A DNA stretch of 60,064 bases, counting the filler, from Sphacelaria rigidula (taxonomy: Eukaryota), in assembly GCA_964200075.2 (NCBI GenBank). It is 8 parts of 8 records of this genome, joined end to end, with 100 filler letters (N's around TTAATTAATTAA, not from the genome) between each part and the next. Parts side by side here need not be neighbours in the genome. Positions count along the whole stretch, not along the records: positions 45,125 to 52,544 come from CAXNAA020015005.1; positions 52,645 to 60,064 come from CAXNAA020015006.1; 6 more parts are not named here. The stretch is one strand, 5' to 3'. Every line of letters begins with the position of its first letter. Position 1 is the stretch's first letter. The translations under genes and the position numbers were made by a program. The notes beneath the pieces are model-generated. The model was not told the DNA's origin. It was given only the letters and a program-made list of their open reading frames with translations, and searched no databases. This document shows, piece after piece, positions 50,741 through 60,064 of this stretch.

Positions 50741-51607
50741 GAGACTCAGCGTCCGGTGTTCGTTGTACCGTTGATTGCTGTTCAGCACAGCATGATGTTT
50801 TGTTTTGTCGACCGGTTCCAACTGTTGTGCTCTCACCAGCAATTGGTCCCGATTTTCTGCAGCTATTTTGCTGATGGGGTAGTATTTGTTTCCCTGTGTT
50901 GATGGGTTATTAGCTGTTCTTGATGGGTCCGTCAGCACATCTTTGGGTGCATTTTCGGAAACACGATGCGGTCGGCGAAAGTCCCTGGCAAAATCGATTT
51001 GCTACAGCTCATAAACGGGAGACGTTCCAATAACTTCGTGCAAGGTGTTTTGGAATAACTTGCTACAATCAAGTGTGAGATCACGGAACAGAATCCAGCG
51101 TCCACGACGTTTTGCGACTTTTCTCGGCATGAAGAGGCGGGATATCACACGCGATTATTTGCGGTTTCCAAACACAACAACGGAAACGCCGGCGAAATTT
51201 TTAAACAGAATACTGAGTTTGGGAGATCTGACCCGTGTTTTCCAACAAAGTCGGGGAGTTGGATAACACAGTCTCGTCAAAAACGAGCCGCCTGTTCCCC
51301 AACTCCGAGCGCAAACGAGTTCCAGGTCCACACAACGAATGGTGGCAGAATTTTGCATCGGTGCATTTTCCAGATCATCACCACCAACTCAACGTAACGG
51401 CGTATTTTGTCACAGCACCCCCAAAGCGCGTTAGACGAAAGTCGATCAACAAGCTTGACACATGGAAAACGCCAAACGATGAGCAAGTCACAACTGAATA
51501 CCAAACGCACTCGTGATGCGAGCAGCAACTGCACGAGTCACGCACAATTTGCGCAACTCCTTCGTAAGAATTCCCGAAGCGGCCTCAAAAATATCAGGAG
51601 TATACAC

Positions 51608-51855
51608 GACTAATACCGAGATAGCCCCCCCACGAAAAGTGCACCGGAGACCGTCCGACAAACCGGCTGGGATCCCACTATTGGGCTCGTTTGCAGATAT
51701 CCCACCCACATGAGAGGCGTGTAGCGTCCAAAATAAGCTATAACGCCCAAATGAGTCGCGTCGTGCAGCACAATACCAACTCTGACGGCATTTATGCTCA
51801 TCGCCTCTGTGCACGTTTTTGGCCGGTTCGGGGAGGGGCTATCTCGGCAGCAGTC
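51608..51855. mobile_element. MITE (248 bp) with a 4-bp TSD
   Basis: ACAC|GACTAATACCGAGATAGCCCC ... GGGGCTATCTCGGCAGCAGTC|ACAC; a second partial copy lies at 45125-45235. Confidence 0.7.
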
Positions 51856-52090
51856 ACACGTTACACGTTCACGTTCACGTTACGTTCATCACGTAAATTT
51901 TTTTAACGTTCACGTTACATGATGTATGTCACGTAAAATATGTTGACGTTACGGTAACGTTTCATTTGAAAATTTAACGTTACATTCACGTTAAGTTCAT
52001 CACGTAAACAAAAATTACGTTACGTTACGTTATATGTAATGTAATATGAAACGTTTCATGTAATGTGTGACGTTCAAATGTAATGTTTCA
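51856..52090. repeat. ACGTT/ACGTTC-rich degenerate short-unit array (transposon subterminal type)
   Basis: Dense CACGTTACACGTTCACGTTCACGTTACGTTC... repeats. Confidence 0.7.
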
Positions 52091-53867
52091 TTCTGTGCAT
52101 GTCGCGGCTCATTCACCAGTGTTCAAGGCGTTGTAACGTGTCGTGTGTAGCGCGTGACGTCACCGTCTACGTGACGCTGACCGTGGCCCGTCGTATGTTT
52201 GAGCATAGGCGCATCATTTGATTGTGTAACATTACTTTCTCTACCGTGTATCGTTCATTCGTTTTTGACCGTATTATTTTCATCTCTCCTCTTGTCGTTT
52301 CATCTCTTTGTTGCCAACCTTCAATGTATAATTTTCGAATGCTCGGTCATTCGCACGACCGCACATACTGTACGCACAACAGTTCATGAACATGATTGGA
52401 CGCCGGCTTGCGCCGTCCTGGCATTTCGCAGACAAAATTATATCGGGTACCCTTGTTTCTATATATGAAGAGGGAAATGTACCGATTAAGATACAGAGCC
52501 AATTAAGATACAAGTTTTTTTAATCGTTCATATCTCCGCAAAATNNNNNNNNNNNNNNNNNNNNNNNNNNNNNNNNNNNNNNNNNNNNTTAATTAATTAA
52601 NNNNNNNNNNNNNNNNNNNNNNNNNNNNNNNNNNNNNNNNNNNNCTGTGTGACCCCGGCTAATGCGCCCACATATACCGAAAGGTGTGGACTGATGCCCA
52701 GAATAAATGGGACGGCAACACAACACACACACTGCTGTCACATTCTTGTCTTTCCCCTTTCCCCCGACGGTTAGGGGTGGGGAAGACTCCCAACCCCGGA
52801 GGAGCAACTGTACCAAGCCGACATCGATCATACGACTTTATTCAATTGTTTCCTGAATAGCACGAGGCTGATGGTTTATATTCAATTCCGTGGATATAGG
52901 CGGCATTACTCACAGAACCACGAATTTCGCTGCTTCTAATCCGAATAAATGAACAAATCTCTTGATGAGGTGCCTTCCTCGTCATCTCCCGATGAATTTT
53001 CAACCCCACACGAGCGCTGGGCGGATTCTTTGACCTCGAAATGGCTTGCTGTACTCTTTGCGAGCGTTCAGGGACATCTTTTATGATCCCTAGTCGGCCT
53101 TGTTTGATTTTGAGGCGGAGTATCATTCTTCTAGACAAATAGTCGAGGTTCCGAACGAATCCGATGTTTCCGCATGATCTACGAAATTGGTGGTGTTGTT
53201 GTACAGCGCGAATACTTCCTCATGCGCTCCAACGTCGGACTCCGTGCGACCTAAATGAAGCGAAACTGTGCCAGAGCCCTCACGGGTAGTAGAGCTAGTA
53301 CTTCCGAGGCGGCAGAATCCGTCTATTGCCGTGTGTCTATCCCCGGAGCGAAGGACGCCGAGGAAAAACCCGAAATGATATTGACTCTCCTATTTTCGTT
53401 TCTTCGATCATGCGAGGCGATCAGAATCACCGAATCCGGCTGGCAAGGACGATATACCCTTGTCACATGTTGTAACGGAACTATGTAATTTGTTTTATTG
53501 TAACTAGTGTTACAAACTAGCGATGCTGCTACTCGTACTTCGTATCGTTATCAGTGTCGATATCGGCACGAGGAGGACGGAACTCGCTGCTGATCCGTTC
53601 TCTGAGCCGGACCGGGGGGCGCATGGGACCTCCGTATAGTTAGTCGCCAGTTATGGGAGTGTAGGGCTGCCAGAAAGCGCTACTCGGTGCCAGCCTGGGC
53701 AACAACAGCACAAGAGCGCGGTGAGCTCATGTAAGTTGATCGGGCTGAGTTCACTCATGATCCTGCTCCTTGATTTGTTTTGTGGGGACCGATCTAGGAG
53801 TTGAACACAAGGTCCGTGCCGTCACTTACGACTACCAAAGCGCAGAACTCGTAGGGACCGCTTCTCA

Positions 53868-54112
53868 GTGTAATGCGTGAGAAGATCGCGTGCTTAGAGG
53901 ACCGCGCCGTAGTTCAAAACACCTCAAGATCGACTTTTTTCAAAACCGATCGGGTCAGTCCCTGGAGGTACCACGCCCCTGACCATAACCCGAACACTAA
54001 CACTAACCCTAACCCTAACTATAAGGATGTTTCAATTCCGATGCGGTCCTCTAAGCGCGCGGTCCTCTAAGCGCGCGGTCCTCTAAGCACGCGGTCCTCT
54101 CACGCATTACAC
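53868..54112. mobile_element. MITE (245 bp) with a TCA TSD and internal telomere-like repeats
   Basis: TCA|GTGTAATGCGTGAGAAGATCGCGTGCTTAGAGGACCGCG ... (GCGGTCCTCTAAGCGC)x3 ... CTCACGCATTACAC|TCA; a CTAACC-like run lies at about 53985-54020. Confidence 0.8.
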
Positions 54113-57100
54113 TCAGTCCCAGCTGCAGCAACAATAGAAACCTCCATTGAATTCATGAAAGTTCACGACACCGACTTCAACTCGTCTTCTTCTCTTCTGA
54201 AACTTCTTTTGGTTGTATTATTCAGTATGCCGTCCTCTACTTGCGGCTGGAAGACGCTTGTGACAGGGACTTGAGGAGGCGAGCGCAAGCACTCGACAGA
54301 CGAGAGGTCGTACGTATCAAACAAGAAGCAGTTGCTTCGCGACCGTCACCGGCAATGGGGTCCCCAAGGTATTGCTTGAGGAGGCGAGAGGCAGGCGCTG
54401 GCGTGGTGAACGCGAACATCGGCACACGGTTATCCGCGGGTTGCGATGTCGCGAAAATTTCCTGTAGATTGGGTTGTTATGGAGCTTCTAACCTGATTTC
54501 GCCGTAACCTGTGCTGGTCGCTCAAGCTGCCGGAAGTTGTTCATCTAAAGATATTTCCTGATGATCGCCACCGTTTAGGAGGACATGATCTCGCTTCTAT
54601 AAGAAGCCGATGTTGAGACAATCCCTTGGGCAGGCTGGAGGGGATGGAGGGATGGGGGGTGATATACGCTCCGTCACCTGGGGTGAGAGTAGTCCGCGGT
54701 ATTGTTTGTGAGACTCTCGTGATACAGTAGTACATCTTGCAGCCCGCACCGTCGTGTACGTTGGCCTCGAGTTGGCAGTGTCAGTGTCTGGGCTTGTTGG
54801 GCCAAGTATTTGCGCTATATTGTGTGATAGTGTTCCGTACGTTGTCGCGTAGTGGTGTGCTGCTGTCTCTTTCTTCACTGACCCTTCTTGTATCTTGGTG
54901 GGTATTTTCGTTCCCGCGCTTTTTGTTTGTACTTGTCACCCTGTAAAGGTACACCGAGCGAGTCGATATGCCGCGCAAACCGTTGACAAGAGTTGTTTTC
55001 CCCATTGTACAACACCGTGAATGCTCCATACTCCGAATTTCATACTATTGCCTTTGATGTACCATTCGCAATGTAAAGTACACATCCCACACCTACTTCG
55101 TGAACGTTAGGGTACGACGGCCGCGGAGGACGGGTGGGTGATCTTGACTGCCGTAAGCTAGGGAGCGGAGCAAAATGCAAAAGTCTTGATTGCTGTCAAA
55201 GTAGGAAGCGCTGGGATCCGTCTGAGAAGGTTGGTGTGATCTCGATCGGATAGTAGTGACAAACGGGACACGACCATCGGGTGGTTGTTGCTGGGTACAG
55301 ATATGCACGTGCGTGATGCAAAACTCGATGATTGGGGTCACTTCGTTTTTCGTTTTTCGTTTTTTGAAGTACTGCTATTGCGTGGCTAATGCTGCATTGT
55401 ACTGTTGAACAGGTACGGCTGCACCAAAACTTGTATAGTGGCAGAAGTCAAGCGATTATTCTCCCGAAGTGTGTGCATGCGGGAAACGTATACTGCCAGC
55501 AGTTCAGTCTACTTCGACTGCTATGTCGGCTGAGTAGACGAAGCTCGTGAGAGTCTACCAAGCGGATCAAATTGAGAACCCGATGTACAGGTTCGGATGG
55601 CAAGAAAAACGTTATTTGGGCGGAAAACGGAGCATAGCGGAGTAACCAAAACAATATCTGGCAGGAGGACCAAGCGATGTATCAAGGTAAAATGTCGACG
55701 CGATTCCGCGGAGAGAATACGCTACATGGGAATGCCGTCGTGCGGTCTTGGCAGAGTACCCCCAGCAGCACATGGATGCAGTCGCATCTGGCATCTTGCT
55801 GTATGGAGGACGAGCAAGCCAGCGTGTACTCTGGAGGAAGACCCAAACCTGGTTCATTGAAAAAGTCACCCACGGCGGCCGTCATAGCACTCATCGAGAG
55901 CGGTGTCAGCCAAGGTAGTGGAGTCACCAGCGATGGCTATTTGTTTTTGAGACAGTAATGTCAGGAGTGGGTACTAGCGACAGGGAGAAACGAAAAACAA
56001 CCGTAGGTGTCGAAGCCATGTGTGCTGAACCGCGGTGGGCCAGAGTCACTCACCAACCAGGTCGATTGAGTAGAAACAACAAATGACTCGAAAATAACAC
56101 AACAATTCCCCGTCAAGAGGGAACAAACACCAAGTAGCGCACATGCCATGTTCGAGGAACACGACCCGCACTCAATCACGGACAACATTTGCACCGCGCT
56201 GCAGCAATGAAGATAACCGCGTAAGACAGGCATACAACACAGAGACGTCACAACCACGCTCGTCCATAGCCGCTGAAAAATATGGAAGTGGCACGGTCTG
56301 AACACGAGCAAATGATAAAACACACGAGACACGTTCATCGACGTGCGAAAACACGTGAATCTCGAGCAACGACCACGAAAAGGACCAACGTAGAACTGCC
56401 AATAATACAAACTAAAATTCGCGAGCCACACACACCAGACGTGACCAGCCGAGAAGGGATACCGGGCATTCGACAAGCTGCCGCCGAGTATGGAAATGTA
56501 TGTACTGGGTGGAAATGACACGAGGCGATAGTAGCAACAAGCAAACCACAATCGGCCGTGACTTGTACCCCACAGAAACGGTGGTGAGACTGGCGCGGCA
56601 CCATCAGACCCATAGGACGCATGCGCCAGGAGCAGGCACCCCACGCTCAAGACACGCATCACAGAGGTGTAATAGCTCCAGGGGACAGCCCTTCCTTGCC
56701 AATCTACACACAGCGGTCATTTCTCATCGGAAAGTGGCTCCGTATCCAATCAATGATGGTCGCGTGCATACCGTTGCACCTCTGAAAGTCTGTCTTTGTC
56801 GATCGCTCATGTAGGTATGTGCAACACGTATCTGATACAAACTGGCCTTTTCCACTGGAATTCAGACAGGTTGGGCGACACCCAAGCTCAAAATAATGAG
56901 CTGATCAGCGCCTGCCTACCATTCGCACTGCATGCTGTCCAGTCGGGGGCAGTGAGGCTCTCGGGTTCATGCCTGGTTGTGTTGGGTTGTGAGTCACACC
57001 TTCGCGTTGTCCTCCGCTTTTGCTACGTTTATTCTCCCCTTCGTGCATACACTTGCCTGCTCGTGCAAACCGGTCTGAATCATTCCAAGACGAGTATTGC

Positions 57101-58973
57101 ATGTGACGTTTGACAAACAGCTTTTGTTGATCGTCTGGCGGGGTGGTACCGTGTGCCGATCAATCTTTGAGTCTGAATAGCAAACCGGGTTCAGGGAGAC
57201 CGATTTTTTCTATCCCGATAAGACATGCTCTCATAGCTCTCACAAGAACGGCAAGCAAATCATACGCCCCACTGAGAGACGCGCCGAAAATGAGAGCGAG
57301 AGGAAGAGAACAGAAGCGCAGATGCGAAAAACAAGTGAAGACGAGCATGATGAGTTTTTGTTTGAGAAAACAACAGCAAATTCTGAGCGTACAGAGCTCC
57401 ACAAAATCGTACACCCTCTACAGAGGCCACCAAACATCCCACGGCGGAGAGAAAGCCCCACACCAAATGAAATGGGAAGCAAATGATCCATTATTCTAAA
57501 AAAAACCCGAAAATACGAAAATACGGCCAACGGAGGAAGGGTTGCGCTGAAGAGGAGGGATAAATTCGGGAAGGAATTTTAGTCACGCAGGAACACGTGC
57601 ACAGGAACACAACGGCAACACAAACGGAAGCACCAAATACAATCCCTCTAGAAACACGAAATAAGAGCTACTTCTGCGGAGGGACGTGCTGGGAAAAAAG
57701 ACGCAACGGAAGCAAAGAAAAAACTCAGAAGATGAAAGGACGAGGGCATGATAGAAATCGCAGGGAATACCTGGAATATTGATTGAGCACCGCTCCCGAA
57801 CGCAGAATTCATGCAGGAAGAAAGAAACAGGACCCCAACGTCCCCTGTGCCTTCAGAAGCTCACGACAAACCGTGTACAGGTGGCCGCCGGCACAGGGTA
57901 CGGAATATTATATCGATACACAGCCCACCTCGTAGTCGTCAAACTGCAACACCCCACCTAATCCCGGTGTCAATATGCGCGTGCTCAATGCCTGGTGAAG
58001 GGTCCTACAAATCGTAGGACATTCAATTGCTACCGCGACCGTCCGCGAACTTTCGTGTGCTGCAAAGGCCACCGTCATGACCCCGCAATACAACCGATGG
58101 CGTATCAAGGGACACAACCGGACCGGTGATGGAACCCAAATTTCGGGGCATGCAGCTGACCAAGATTACTATTCGTTTACGCGGTACCTCGAGCCATCAC
58201 ACCCGGCCAAGTGCCACAAGTCAAAAGTATGCACATTGATTGGTTGATCGATCGTCTTATATCAACTGAGTCACCGTGAATCCTGTGTTGGTCGCAAGGT
58301 ACAGAGGTCCCCAATGTGATCAAACGTATGCACTCGCTGTAGGAAAATCGGATAAAATGGCAGAAGAGAGGAAAATGGATGAATGCCATATACTGAGATG
58401 CGGTAATCCAGAAATGGTGTCGAGAAAACTCTCGACAGGCTCTTGTCCCGACTCCGAATGAGAGTTTGTCAGGAAAAAAGGCCGTAGGACTAGGTTGCGA
58501 GTCAGCTATCTAGGGACCGCACCATTAGGCAAGTACTCTCAATCAACTCCGCACAAAAGGCACAAATACACAGGTGACTGGAGGTGCACCTTGGAGCATG
58601 AGCTGCAGTACACCAAGCTTTGTTGTGATAGCCAACGTGTACACCAGGTGTTTATGTACTGTGAGGGTATTCGACAACCTCATGATCATGTCCTCGAATC
58701 TTGTACACACGCTGACAACGCCGAAGCGTCGTAAGACGCGTCAAGGCAATCCTCTGGTCAGCTGTGCACACGATTTCTCCGGCCTAAGAAATATACATTA
58801 CAATAATGACCTGTAATGTAGAAGTACAATAACATGAACGGCAACCAGAGCTCGAAACCAGAGCTAGAGGTTTGAGCCGGAAATAAGCATAACACGAGCG
58901 TCTAGTTGTGCAGGTTATCTGTGCATCTTTTCCACAAAGAACCATTGGAAAGTACCGAGAGTCGCTACGTTGA

Positions 58974-60035
58974 TTATCTGTCAAGCGCTCTCATCTCCAG
59001 AAGCCGGCCGTACGCGTATGTGATCCCACCCAGGACCATCAGAATAGCCGGAACAGCTCTCATCCCCAGAGGCTGGCCATACGCGTATGTAACCCCACCC
59101 AGAACCATCAGAATAGCCGTTATCGAGTTCGACAACGTCATCATGTACCAGAGGATGACATACAAAACCATCACCATAATTCCGTCAACGCATCCAAGCC
59201 CAAAGATCGTGCAGCCCAACTGCGAGAGCAGGATAACGACAACAATCTGCACAACGGAAAACATGGTAAATCCCAATATGCCACCTAGCATACCTGCCCA
59301 AATAAAGGCGGCAACCGAACAAGCTCCAGTTACAAAGCCGCAAATGCGGAGATGATCCTGTATAGCCATCATCGCGGACCGGTGTAGCATAGAGCATCGC
59401 GCTAGGAACGGCGGTCTCTTCGCCTCTAGCCATCGTACAACGTGAAGCTGTTGATGTAATGCAGCGCCCTTCGCACATCTCCTAGCTTCCCACGGACAGC
59501 CGTTTGCGGTGCACCACTTCAGTACGTCAAGATTACCGCATGTTGCCGCGGTGAGGCTTACGCTCTCATTCCAAGGGCAACCTTCGGTCCTGAGCCACTG
59601 AAGCACCTCTAGATTGCCCCAAAATGCTGCACTCCAGCAAGCTGTAATTGTACCGTCCACCTTTGTCAGATCATTGGCAAGGAGCCAACTTAGTAATCCA
59701 AGACTCTTACTCGCGAAGATACAGCTTACCCTTCGCGAGAAGTCGCTGACTGCACACCACTGCAGTATACTCAACTGACCCTTCATGACAGCCAACTCCC
59801 ATGTATTGTTACTCCACCGGCAGCCATGGGCACGACACCACTGCAGCACCTCCAGGTGCCCGTTCATGGCCGCTCCATCGCACGTTTTCTCATCCCAAGG
59901 ACAACCATGGGCACGGCACCAAACCAGCAATGCCATGTGCCCTCCTCTGGCAGCGTGGGCGCACGTGCTGGAGTCCCAAGGGCAGCCGTTTGTTGGTGTG
60001 AACAGCCTTTTCAGTGTAGTCTGCAGTACTGACAA
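58974..60035 (-). CDS. GCPW-type ankyrin-repeat protein with C-terminal transmembrane helices; 5' end uncertain at the contig edge
   Basis: 353-codon ORF with repeated GCPWDxxTCxxAAxxGHLxxLxWxRxx units followed by several long hydrophobic segments. The ORF track start is a TTG and an in-frame stop lies at 60060-60062, so this is probably a terminal exon. Confidence 0.85.
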   Translation of the reverse strand: MSVLQTTLKRLFTPTNGCPWDSSTCAHAARGGHMALLVWCRAHGCPWDEKTCDGAAMNGHLEVLQWCRAHGCRWSNNTWELAVMKGQLSILQWCAVSDFSRRVSCIFASKSLGLLSWLLANDLTKVDGTITACWSAAFWGNLEVLQWLRTEGCPWNESVSLTAATCGNLDVLKWCTANGCPWEARRCAKGAALHQQLHVVRWLEAKRPPFLARCSMLHRSAMMAIQDHLRICGFVTGACSVAAFIWAGMLGGILGFTMFSVVQIVVVILLSQLGCTIFGLGCVDGIMVMVLYVILWYMMTLSNSITAILMVLGGVTYAYGQPLGMRAVPAILMVLGGITYAYGRLLEMRALDR

Positions 60036-60064
60036 ACCACGGTACGAAGGTATCTGTCTTTACT

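Noticed and set aside
54180-58900. Many overlapping 60-230-aa ORFs
   Set aside because: No recognisable motifs or consistent exon chain; treated as degenerate or non-coding.

Overview
Eukaryotic, intron-rich, repeat-rich DNA, most consistent with a brown alga (Phaeophyceae); the taxon is an inference. The window is not one locus. It holds eight unrelated contigs of 7421/7420 bp (1-7421, 7522-14942, 15043-22463, 22564-29984, 30085-37504, 37605-45024, 45125-52544, 52645-60064), joined by artificial N44-TTAATTAATTAA-N44 spacers. Four host genes are supported. (1) A multi-exon S-adenosylmethionine decarboxylase on + (core 24373-27603) with a complex 5' region. There, an AUG uORF ends in UCC-UAA-U exactly +1 to the enzyme frame, an antizyme-like frameshift signature, although ordinary splice models compete with this reading. 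(2) The last two exons of a bacterial-type GNAT acetyltransferase on -. (3) The last four exons of a probable cellulose synthase on +. (4) A GCPW-type ankyrin-repeat protein with C-terminal transmembrane helices on -. The remainder is three degenerate Ty3/gypsy retrotransposons, two tRNA-derived SINE families, a well-paired tRNA-like gene next to a putative LTR end, many fold-back MITEs and a 1.5-kb TIR element with palindromic ~40-bp arrays. Exon models and RNA folds were derived by hand and need transcript confirmation.
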